A DNA stretch of 64,000 nt from an uncultured Nitrososphaeraceae archaeon (GTDB lineage: Archaea > Thermoproteota > Nitrososphaeria > Nitrososphaerales > Nitrososphaeraceae): the NCBI GenBank assembly GCA_963779615.1, contig CAVZZA010000005.1, positions 1-64,000 of the forward strand. The letters run 5' to 3'. A model generated the notes under the pieces. That model did no database searches. It worked only from the letters and a program-made list of their open reading frames with translations, and was not told the DNA's origin. Numbering within the stretch: the first letter of the stretch is position 1; every line of letters starts with the position of its first letter. Shown here piece by piece: positions 12,005-21,425 of the stretch. Position numbers and translations under genes: made by a program.

Positions 12005-12376
12005 TTGATATGCTTAATAGGAACGGAGTGTATATATATAATAATGGTAATTGAAAAACTTTTTAATCGCGGGGTTATGACTGTAGATTCTCTTCATAGT
12101 AATAACATAGTTAAAGAAACAGACAACAAAACAAGTATTTTTAGTGAATCAAATGAAGAAAAAGAAAAATCCTTCCGCCTGATGTATTCTCAAGAATTAA
12201 TGAGCAAGAAACAGCAAGTATATGGTACATACAGAGGATTTAATGAATTAGAAGACGAAAGGAAGAAAGTAAGACACCAGATGATGAGAACCCCTGGACG
12301 TAGAGGGGAAATAATAAAAGATGAAGAAATCAACAAGGAAATCAGCAGACGATATAATGAAAATCAAATGGAATAA
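12005..12376 (+). CDS. hypothetical protein, resembles a conserved thaumarchaeal family (start uncertain)
   Basis: RTPGRRGEIIK.EEI motif in a charged helical protein. Confidence 0.65.
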   Translation: MICLIGTECIYIIMVIEKLFNRGVMTVDSLHSNNIVKETDNKTSIFSESNEEKEKSFRLMYSQELMSKKQQVYGTYRGFNELEDERKKVRHQMMRTPGRRGEIIKDEEINKEISRRYNENQME

Positions 12377-12727
12377 ACCTTTTCCATCCAAATAAATATG
12401 TCATATTATTATTAGCACTTAAAAAACCTAATAAATAATTCTCTATTATCATCTTGATAAATAAAGAAACCAATTATCTATTGCATGTTAATTTGCATTT
12501 CCTTTTTTCTGCCGAAATGAAACAATCACTTTAATTACATATCGTTTCCACACTATACCAAATAGTGTAGCACAGTAATTCGTTTGATATTACACTTTTT
12601 TCTTAATTGCAAAATAATGATTGCACATCGTTTATCCATTTCAAATTATTTTTTAGGCAATTATAATTATAAAACCAAACTGCGCTTTTCCCTTATTTTC
12701 AAGCTATTGATTAGGGCCATTAAAGTG

Positions 12728-12797
12728 TATGCGAAATTTGCATATATTTCATTTGTAAAACATATATTTTATATTATATATATGCAAATTTCGCATA
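12728..12797. promoter_or_regulatory. pair of TATGC-N7-GCATA palindromic operator-like sites forming a perfect 20-bp inverted repeat
   Basis: TATGCGAAATTTGCATATAT (12728-12747) and its exact reverse complement ATATATGCAAATTTCGCATA (12778-12797), upstream of TATA-like TTTAAATA (12831-12838). Confidence 0.7.
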
Positions 12798-12861
12798 TAT
12801 TTTACATTTTTTTCATATTTTTTAGATAAATTTAAATAGCTTCCGGGGCACACTAAACTAA

Positions 12862-13230
12862 ATGAACAATACAACTACTTCCATGTTAAAAAACCAGCAG
12901 TACTCTGGCTGCATCGAAAGCTGCAACGAATGCATGATGGCCTGTGAGGCCTGCTGCACCGAATGCATGACCACGTCAAACACCCAGATGGCTGGGATGA
13001 TGGGAAGGTGCATGATGATGTGCAGGGACTGCGCCGACATGTGCAGGATGGCATCCATGATGATGTGCAGGGGAAGCGAGTACGCAAAGCAGGTGTGCAA
13101 CATGTGCGCCGACATGTGCGAGGCATGCGCAACGGAGTGCGAGAAGATGGGCGACAAGATGGAGGTGTGCAAGCAGTGCGCCGACATGTGCAGGAAATGC
13201 GCACAGGAATGCAGAAGCATGATGAGGTAA
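12862..13230 (+). CDS. Cys-rich four-helix bundle protein (Csp3/DUF326-like), Met-rich and His-free
   Basis: Repeated CxxxCxxC motifs (CADMC three times); 22 Cys, 23 Met and 0 His in 122 aa; no signal peptide. Confidence 0.9.
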   Translation: MNNTTTSMLKNQQYSGCIESCNECMMACEACCTECMTTSNTQMAGMMGRCMMMCRDCADMCRMASMMMCRGSEYAKQVCNMCADMCEACATECEKMGDKMEVCKQCADMCRKCAQECRSMMR

Positions 13231-14143
13231 CCGGAAAAATCATTACCAAACAGCAACATCAATAAAATCTTTTTTTATAAACATATAATAAAGACAAGTT
13301 TTTACGAATAACAGCATAAATGAACTAAACCACTTTCTCCCAGTTTTCGCAAGGATATTGTAATTACCTAAAGTCATTTGAGACACACTAAAGCTAATCA
13401 TCCATGTGGCATCATGTTTCTATTGACAAACTAGAGGGTTTTCATAGATATTTACAAATGTGAATATTTCCCATCATTTTTAATGCCAATTGAGCATAAA
13501 ATGGTATAAAGTTGCATACATAAATCCTAATTTACATAGAGCCTATAAAAGATATTACTTAATTGATACCATATGGTTATGGTTGATTCAAAAAATATAC
13601 AAAAAAGCGCTAACAGAGGGATTCAGATTGATTCCAATATCAACACTAACCATCCAGACAACGAAAAAAGAATGTCATTAAATAGTGACTGCAATCCCGA
13701 TGTTATCATAGGCAATGGATTGGGACATCTTTATGGATCTTGGTAGTTTGGATATCAATCATATTAAAATACAAAGAACCCAATTCAATATAATTTTTTT
13801 TGTTTATGATTGTACTCAACAGAATTGATAGAGTATATTCAAAACACATTGCAAACCCTTTTAATAATTAGTTAATGATCCATTTTTAATATATATATTT
13901 ACAATATCAAACCATAATTTGTCATACCCTAACATAGTGATATTACCATAAATGATATCAATAAAGCCATATTCCCAAATATCTCATATATCTAAAGCCA
14001 AAACATCACTATTAATTTAATCCAGAGGTCAAAAAATTTGATTAGAGATGGTGTCACAATGCAACATAAACCCCCACTCTAATCAAATGCATGTTTTTCT
14101 TCAACTCAATCGAATTGTAAGTGTTTTTATTAATGGTTATTGG

Positions 14144-15149
14144 TGCTTTGTTGCATGATTCTTAAAAATCTGCAATCATGTGGCACATTTTGTCTAAAAA
14201 GATATCATCTTATTATATAACGATGCTTTTAATATCATTTCTTTTATCATATTCTCAAACTTTACAGAATAAACGTACTCCCCAAACGTCCTCTTTATAC
14301 ACGAAAACACGGTTTCGGCCATCCATCTTTGTCCATAGCTTACGCTATCCTTCCATTTTTTAATATCATTTCTTTGGGCTAACACTGATAGGTTCCTAAG
14401 AAAATGTCCTGTTTTCAATCTGACTCTTGCATTCTTTCTTACTTTAATACAAGGCAGGATTCCATTGTCTGCCATGCATCTAAAAATATCATTATTATCA
14501 TAGGCACCATCAGCAAATAGTTTGGATATTGTTATTTTTCCACTATCAGATTTTATGACATTCTTAACCAATTCAGGTAACGCTTTGCTATCGTGAACAT
14601 GCTCGTCAGTAACCTTCATCGAAAGGATTTTCTTGCTCTTCACGTTTACTGCTATGTGGATTTTCAAATATCTCTTTCTTATACTCCATTTGTCTCTTAA
14701 CCACTGGCCTCTGTTCGTAACCTTGATGCCGGTACTGTCTATTGCAATGATAAGGTAGTCATCTTCAGATTCCATGCTTTTGTTATTGTCTTCTGTTTTC
14801 ATATCCAGCCTGTTTATTCTCCTGCTTATTGTGGTATAATCTGGAATGGAAGGTACTTTCCCTTTCGCATGTCCTTGTGCAATTCCCTCTGTCTGTCTGT
14901 ATGGAAGATGAAAGTACACTTTGGCATAGCCAAGTAAAAGAAGAAATGTATTAGGATAGTGAAATGGCTCACCGATTTTGTCTTTATTCATCTCTTTTAG
15001 CTCTGCATCCCAGTTGTCAATAACGTCAAAACCAATCAGTATTTCACCTCGTCTAACTAGAAATTGGTTGTAGTATGGCCATTTCATATGGTTTACTAGT
15101 TGAGGCTCACTAAATGTATTTGGAAATAGGGGAATCATGCAACAAAGCA
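14144..15149 (-). mobile_element. intact IS5-family element (IS903/ISH1-like)
   Basis: Perfect 18-bp IRs TGCTTTGTTGCATGATTC; perfect 9-bp TSD GGTTATTGG (14135-14143, 15150-15158). Confidence 0.97.
14194..15087 (-). CDS. IS5-family DDE transposase
   Basis: MKWPYYNQFLVRRGE, AIDSTGIKV, ADGAYD, YGQRWMAETVFSCIKR; frame intact. Confidence 0.95.
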   Translation of the reverse strand: MKWPYYNQFLVRRGEILIGFDVIDNWDAELKEMNKDKIGEPFHYPNTFLLLLGYAKVYFHLPYRQTEGIAQGHAKGKVPSIPDYTTISRRINRLDMKTEDNNKSMESEDDYLIIAIDSTGIKVTNRGQWLRDKWSIRKRYLKIHIAVNVKSKKILSMKVTDEHVHDSKALPELVKNVIKSDSGKITISKLFADGAYDNNDIFRCMADNGILPCIKVRKNARVRLKTGHFLRNLSVLAQRNDIKKWKDSVSYGQRWMAETVFSCIKRTFGEYVYSVKFENMIKEMILKASLYNKMISF

Positions 15150-15426
15150 GGTTATTGGCAATATTAAAATTCTCAAGTGTGACTTTTTTACTACATCCAT
15201 ACCATTATTGCACATATATTAAACATCACTCTTCAGACAAAAAACTAACTTTTTTATGTCGATTCTCTTTAATGGTTTTTTTCCATTAGTCCAGTGCTAG
15301 TTTTTTTGAAAAGCATCCCTTAATAAGTAGAAAATATTCAAGACCAGCCATTAACCATTAAACAATAAGCCACAATAACAATTTCCATATATCCATGTTG
15401 TTGAGCCATCACAATATCTTGGGATA

Positions 15427-15530
15427 TACGCAGAATTTGCATGGAGTATGAATGAAAGGTGATGATGGTCAGAATCTTTTCATAATAAATCATATATCAA
15501 TACTTCCAAATATGCAGATACTACATATTT
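15427..15530. promoter_or_regulatory. two further TA(T/C)GC-N7-(G/A)CAT sites upstream of the ComA-HTH gene
   Basis: TACGC-AGAATTT-GCATG (15427-15443) and AAATATGC-AGATACT-ACATATTT (15508-15530, ending 8 nt before the ATG). Confidence 0.5.
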
Positions 15531-15537
15531 TGTTATT

Positions 15538-16524
15538 ATGCTAGACAGTCTAACTGAGAACAGGGTCGACCATAAAAAGCCACGTCATGAGGGAATTACC
15601 TACATAATAGATAAGTTTCAAGGTTTTGACAGACAGAATTTTGAGATAATATCCCCTTTTGTAGACATGGTGAAAATCTATGGAGCTTATCCCCTTTTAG
15701 TATCCGAAGAGCACCTAATAAAGAGGATCGACTATTATCATGGTAATAATGTTTTGGTTTCTACTGGAAGCACGTTAACCGAGTATGCCCTTAGAGAAAA
15801 CGTATTTGAGAAATTCGTTGAAGAATCCAAAATAGCCGGATTTGACATTATAGAAATCAGCGAAAATAACATACATCTTTCCATTGAGGAAAAGAAAAAA
15901 ATTACAAAAATTCTGAAATCCCACGACCTAAGGCACCAGTGGAAGGTAGGCAGAAAGGACCCACGAAGACAACTGACCTTGGATGAGACAATCAAAATGA
16001 TGAATGAAGTTTTGGAGCTAAACCAGGAGAAGATAATACTTGAAGCTAATTTAGGTTATAATGTCGGAATATACGATGAAAAGGGAGACATAAAATGGAA
16101 TATTCTGTCAGCCATTACATCAAAAATCTCACCAAATAACATTATTTTTGAAACACCACTTGAAATTCAACAGGCTGTGTTAATTGCTGAATTTGGGCAA
16201 AGAGTGAATCTTGGAGAGGTAAAACTAGAAAACGTTGCCTCGGTGGAATCCCAAAGAAGAGGATTCCTCTCAAAAGCAAGCTTTAGCATAAACCCAGTAA
16301 AAAAGGGACCCGAAGGTAGTCCCGCTACAAAGTTTATCTACTACATAATCCGCAACAAACACCCTGTGGAACAAAGCGAACTGATTCATATGACTAATCT
16401 TCCAAGAAGAACAGTTCAGGCATCAATTGAAGAGTTAAGAAATCAGGGGCTGATAATGGAAAAAAACAGTCTTGATGACACCAGAAAAAAGGTGTATAAC
16501 TTGGTTAAGGATGAATGGGTATAA
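15538..16524 (+). CDS. phosphosulfolactate synthase (ComA)-like domain fused to a C-terminal winged HTH
   Basis: KPR..G.T.IIDK, EIS, VGRKD, IIFETP..QQ..LI.EFG..VNL give the ComA fold; the tail EQSELIHMTNLPRRTVQASIEELRNQGLI...DTRKKVY is a MarR-type wHTH. Confidence 0.85.
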   Translation: MLDSLTENRVDHKKPRHEGITYIIDKFQGFDRQNFEIISPFVDMVKIYGAYPLLVSEEHLIKRIDYYHGNNVLVSTGSTLTEYALRENVFEKFVEESKIAGFDIIEISENNIHLSIEEKKKITKILKSHDLRHQWKVGRKDPRRQLTLDETIKMMNEVLELNQEKIILEANLGYNVGIYDEKGDIKWNILSAITSKISPNNIIFETPLEIQQAVLIAEFGQRVNLGEVKLENVASVESQRRGFLSKASFSINPVKKGPEGSPATKFIYYIIRNKHPVEQSELIHMTNLPRRTVQASIEELRNQGLIMEKNSLDDTRKKVYNLVKDEWV

Positions 16525-16940
16525 CCTAACACAGATATTTTGGTTACCGATCCAAAGGGCCTTTCACCAAACTCAACACCTTTCAATGATAATAGCAGCA
16601 AAACAAGTAAACAAAAAAAAGAATAAAAGCTTTAGAGCCTAATTTCTTTTAGGCTGAAATTTACCTTTAAATTCAAAATTTCACATTTATTTATAGAATA
16701 AAATTACCAATATCAGTTTTCATCTGGAAAAAAACGACAGTCAAGTTCACCCAAACAAGAATTAGATCACCAAAAAAGCGGAAAAATAATAGATGAAAAT
16801 TAAGAACACGCCTAAAATAGTTTTTATTTAACTATCAATGAGGTCACAAGGATTAATTACAACCCAAACAGTAACAAACCCATTTCAACGGACAGAAAGA
16901 ATCTTGATATACGGGCCCAAAGTTATTAAAAGAGATTTCT

Positions 16941-17885
16941 GTGCATAATTCATCCGAAGATAACAGAAATGTAAAAGATGTTGACAATATTGAAAATAAA
17001 AACAGATTCAAAGAAAAAAAAGCAAAACCTTTGCAAGAAATAGACTCGCCTACCATAGTGGAAAAAAACAAGGTATTGCGTTCCTTTTTTGTCAACAAAC
17101 ATAAAATTAACTTGACCGAATTAGCAAATACAATATTATTCATATCCGTTTTTGTCGGCATTTGGCAACTGGTATATATCATAGGAATATGGCCAAAAAT
17201 TTCTCTACCTTCGCCTTTAATGGTCGCAGAGGCTTTCTATGATCTATTTCAAAATAATACTCTTCTAACAAGTATCGGCATGACTATGTATAGACTTGCC
17301 GTTGGTTTCATCATATCAATAGCAATAGGGATGGCGGTTGGTCTTGCAATGGTAAAATTCGCAGGATTTGGAAAAACAATGGGCTCATTCGCTGTAGGGC
17401 TACAGTCCTTCCCCAGTATTGCATGGGTTCCGTTTGCAATACTACTCATAGGGTTGAATGACGCTGGAATACTGTTTGTTGTAATAATGAGCTCCATATT
17501 TTCTGTGATGATGTCTACATACAGTGGCATTCGCAACATTCCTACAATATACATCCGTGCTGCAAAGAATATGGGTGCAAAAGGGTTACACTTGTTCAGG
17601 CACTTAATGATACCAGCGGCAACTCCAGCCTTGATTACAGGAATAAAACAAGCGTGGTCTTTTGCATGGCACGCCCTAATTGGCGCAGAAATACTTATGG
17701 CTGCCTCGATAGGTATAGGGCATATTCTATTGATTGGGAGAGAGTTTCAATCCATGAGCCAGATAATAGCATCCATGATTACAATATTTGCTTTGGGTAT
17801 GATATTTGATAGAGTGATATTTATGAAAATAGAGGACAAAGTGAGGGAGAGGTGGGGACTAAAACAGGAACAAGACAATGTTTGA
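16941..17885 (+). CDS. NitT/TauT/Ssu-type ABC transporter permease (SsuC-like)
   Basis: LPSP, GLQSFPSIAWVP, EAA-like loop RAAKNMGA, WHALIGAE. Confidence 0.92.
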   Translation: MHNSSEDNRNVKDVDNIENKNRFKEKKAKPLQEIDSPTIVEKNKVLRSFFVNKHKINLTELANTILFISVFVGIWQLVYIIGIWPKISLPSPLMVAEAFYDLFQNNTLLTSIGMTMYRLAVGFIISIAIGMAVGLAMVKFAGFGKTMGSFAVGLQSFPSIAWVPFAILLIGLNDAGILFVVIMSSIFSVMMSTYSGIRNIPTIYIRAAKNMGAKGLHLFRHLMIPAATPALITGIKQAWSFAWHALIGAEILMAASIGIGHILLIGREFQSMSQIIASMITIFALGMIFDRVIFMKIEDKVRERWGLKQEQDNV

Positions 17886-18213
17886 TCTTGACCAAAAAAT
17901 ATAACAACACTGTCAGAAAAAATCCGAAATAAAGCGGTTTAATTATTTTGTATTCAAAAACAAATGCTTATCCATCTATCTATCATAACGCTTTTGACGA
18001 TATTGAAGATATCTTTTATAAAGAATATATTACTGCAAGGAAAAAATGCGTTCTAGTTAAACAAAAGATCAAAAAAATTCAAAAACACAGCACAAGACTA
18101 TCTTAATGTGTTTTTAATCGCATAATATTCGCCTAAAAAGAGAAAATTACGCATAAATTACTTTTTTTGCCTATTTCTAATTGCTAATACGTTCCTTGCT
18201 TTAAAAATAATCT

Positions 18214-19380
18214 GTGGACACAAAAACAAAATTTGGAATTTCTATCGGAATAATTATTGCAGTGGTAATATCATCTCAATCAGATAATCATGGGTTATTC
18301 TCAAATAGTGAAAGTAATACCATAAAAACCGTCAACAACAATGATGCAGAATCAAAAACATTAAGACTTGGATATTTTCCAAATGTAAATCATGCGCAAG
18401 CCATAATTGGCCTGAAAAATGGAGACTTTCAAAAGATAATAGAAGGTAACAATACCAACCAAGGTAAAATAAAGATAAATGAGTTTGTTTTTAGCGCAGG
18501 GCCATCAGCCATAGAAGCGTTATTTGGCGGTCAAATTGATGCGGCATACGTGGGCCCAAACCCCGCAATTAGTGGGTATATCGCGTCGGGTGGAGAAGGA
18601 TTACGAATAGTATCGGGGGTTGCAAGCGGGGGTTCTGTTTTTATAGTAAGAAATGACGCTGGAATAGAATCAGCAAAGGATTTAGGGGGCAAAAAATTCG
18701 CCTCACCCCAACTGGGCAACACACAGGACATATCCTTAAGAAAGTACCTCATCAACAACGGATTTAACACAGTCGAAAATGGCGGGAATGTTACGGTAGC
18801 TGCAATAAAACCAGCAGATATCCTCACCCTCATGTTAAAAAAAGAGGTTGACGGGGCATGGGTTCCTGAGCCCTGGGGGGCAAGGTTAGTAAATGAGGCA
18901 AATGGTAAAGTATTTGTTGATGAACGCGATTTGTGGCCACCTGAAGGCAAATTTGTCACAGCAAACATCATTGTAAGGACCGATTACCTGAAGGAAAACC
19001 CAGATGTGATAGAGAAGCTACTGGAGGCTCATGTGAATGAAACCTTGTGGATTGACGCTCGCTTAAACAGTTTAGATAATGGCACTGCACAAGAAAACAG
19101 CAGCAGTAAGGTTATGGAGGTTGTAAACGCATTTAACGATGGCTTAAAGCAAATAACAGGAAAAACAATCCCTGATAATGAGTTGGAAGAATCGCTGAAA
19201 AGGATGGACTTTACATATGATCCTTTGAAGCAATCCCTCTATAAAATAGGAGATGACGCAAGCAGTTTAGGGTTCATTGGCAAAACCAAAGGAAATCAAT
19301 TAGACATTTCGGGAATATTTGATTTGTCCCTGTTGAATAAAGTACTGCAAGAAAAAGGTCTTGAACCACAAGTACAATAA
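18214..19380 (+). CDS. aliphatic-sulfonate-type ABC substrate-binding protein (SsuA-like), copy 1
   Basis: N-terminal anchor; GYFPNVNHA, AGPSAIEAL, ASPQLGNTQD, WVPEPW. Confidence 0.92.
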   Translation: MDTKTKFGISIGIIIAVVISSQSDNHGLFSNSESNTIKTVNNNDAESKTLRLGYFPNVNHAQAIIGLKNGDFQKIIEGNNTNQGKIKINEFVFSAGPSAIEALFGGQIDAAYVGPNPAISGYIASGGEGLRIVSGVASGGSVFIVRNDAGIESAKDLGGKKFASPQLGNTQDISLRKYLINNGFNTVENGGNVTVAAIKPADILTLMLKKEVDGAWVPEPWGARLVNEANGKVFVDERDLWPPEGKFVTANIIVRTDYLKENPDVIEKLLEAHVNETLWIDARLNSLDNGTAQENSSSKVMEVVNAFNDGLKQITGKTIPDNELEESLKRMDFTYDPLKQSLYKIGDDASSLGFIGKTKGNQLDISGIFDLSLLNKVLQEKGLEPQVQ

Positions 19381-19418
19381 GTAAAGTATTGTGACCAATG
19401 TTTGGTTTTATTATACTT

Positions 19419-19451
19419 ATTTATGGTGTGTTCAGTAAACACACCATAAAT
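19419..19451. other. perfect 14-bp hairpin between the two binding-protein genes
   Basis: ATTTATGGTGTGTT-CAGTA-AACACACCATAAAT. Confidence 0.7.
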
Positions 19452-19668
19452 TATGATATTTAACAATGGTTAACATATGCCATAATCATCCAAAGTAACA
19501 ATAATAATAACAAACCAGATGGGTGAATGTCAACTCAGGGTATTTTAAAATGACAGTTTTGGTTTATGGTGGTAGGAAACACTAAAAAAAGATGTTCAAA
19601 TTGCATTGAAAAGTGAAAAACTGCACATTCAACAGGAATAATAAGTGACTATCACGATAAAATTCTAG

Positions 19669-20868
19669 ATGAGACATAACACATCAAAGTCAAAACACAA
19701 AGCAAAATCACAATCTGCGCAAGTCAAAAAGTTTGTTCCAATTATCCTCTCGTTGATTTTAACTATCGCAGTATTAGCAAGTTATTATCCAATGGTTAAC
19801 ACATATGCACAAACTGACTCCCAGGCCCCAAAGACGCTAAAAATAGGTTATTTTCCAAACATAAATCACGCCCAAGCAGTTATTGGCCTCAATAATGGAG
19901 ACTTTCAAAAGGTTTTGGGCAATACAAAGGTTGAAACGGTTGTTTTCAATGCAGGCCCATCAGCCATAGAAGCACTATTGGCAAAAAGGATAGATGTCAC
20001 CTACATAGGGCCCAACCCCGCAATCAACGGCTATGTGGCTTCAGACGGGAAAGATGTAAGAGTCATTGCAGGTGCGACTAGTGGAGGGGCATCATTTGTG
20101 GTAAGAAATGACGCTGGAATAGAATCAGCAAAGGATTTAGGGGGCAAAAAATTCGCCTCACCCCAACTGGGCAACACACAGGACATATCCTTAAGAAAGT
20201 ACCTCATCAACAACGGATTTAACACAGTCGAAAATGGCGGTGACGTCACAGTGGTACCTGTGTCAAATGCGGACATAGTCACGCTGTTTTTGAAGAAGGA
20301 AATTGACGGGGCATGGGTTCCTGAGCCATGGGCAACAACACTGGTAAATGAGGCAAATGGTAAAGTATTTGTTGATGAACGCGATTTGTGGCCACCTGAA
20401 GGCAAATTTGTCACAGCAAACATCATTGTAAGGACCGATTACCTGAAGGAAAACCCAGATGTGATAGAGAAGCTACTGGAGGCTCATGTGAATGAAACCT
20501 TGTGGATTAACGACAATAAAGAAAAAGCAATAAACGAATTTAATGCTCAACTCAAAAAGTTAACCGGAAAAACAATTCCACAGGCAGTGTTAGCAAACGC
20601 AGTAACAAAACTAGAGTTCACATACGATCCAATAAAGTTGTCCCTGATTAAAGATGCAAATGATGCCTATGATTTAGGGCTGTTGCAGAAAGGAAAAGAA
20701 CGACCAACCTTAACGAATATCTATGACTTGGCAGTATTGGACAAGGTTCTTGCTAAGAAAGGCCTTGATACCATCAACAGCGCAAATATTGGGTCACCCA
20801 TCAACACCGGCAATAAAACCTCATCTAACGGTACATCCGGTGATGCTTTGTCAGATATAGTCACATAG
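19669..20868 (+). CDS. aliphatic-sulfonate-type ABC substrate-binding protein (SsuA-like), copy 2
   Basis: Same motifs as copy 1, with a signal/TM segment. Confidence 0.92.
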   Translation: MRHNTSKSKHKAKSQSAQVKKFVPIILSLILTIAVLASYYPMVNTYAQTDSQAPKTLKIGYFPNINHAQAVIGLNNGDFQKVLGNTKVETVVFNAGPSAIEALLAKRIDVTYIGPNPAINGYVASDGKDVRVIAGATSGGASFVVRNDAGIESAKDLGGKKFASPQLGNTQDISLRKYLINNGFNTVENGGDVTVVPVSNADIVTLFLKKEIDGAWVPEPWATTLVNEANGKVFVDERDLWPPEGKFVTANIIVRTDYLKENPDVIEKLLEAHVNETLWINDNKEKAINEFNAQLKKLTGKTIPQAVLANAVTKLEFTYDPIKLSLIKDANDAYDLGLLQKGKERPTLTNIYDLAVLDKVLAKKGLDTINSANIGSPINTGNKTSSNGTSGDALSDIVT

Positions 20869-21425
20869 ACCATAACCTTTTTTTATGCTTTGATTTTACA
20901 AATAAAAATTTTATTGCAATAGCATGAATTAAAGGGTAGATATCCAATGACGTTTATTTAAGAAATATAATGCTATAAATAATTTATCGAAAATCATTTT
21001 GAGAGGAAAAACACATGTGTCTTCCTGTGATCGGGTTATTAAGAGAAGTGTATTCAGATTCATTTAGTGGTCATTAATTGGGGTATTGCAAGATTGCATG
21101 TCTGCTGATCATTAGTTCTTGTTGCTGTAGAACCTACAATGTTGAGCTAGACGTTCACATGGTTATGGAAAAAAAATAAAACTGAAGCAATCAAAAAGAA
21201 TGTGAAAATCATACACCTTTGTTTCCGCCTTTCCCCACCACCATCATCATCATCGTCATCAACAAGTAAATTTAAAATGTACTGTATGCACATAGAATGG
21301 CATCTTCATATATTTTCATATCCTATCGATGACTTTTCAATCCCAAATGGCTACAAACCTATTTAGGTTTCTTATTGTGTAAAAACGATTTTAAATGGCT
21401 AATTCGAGATTTATAATATATAATC

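Noticed and set aside
12858-13265. Three extra overlapping ORFs, including a His-rich antisense one, over the Cys/Met gene
   Set aside because: A by-product of GC-rich TGC/ATG codon repetition that removes stop codons in other frames.
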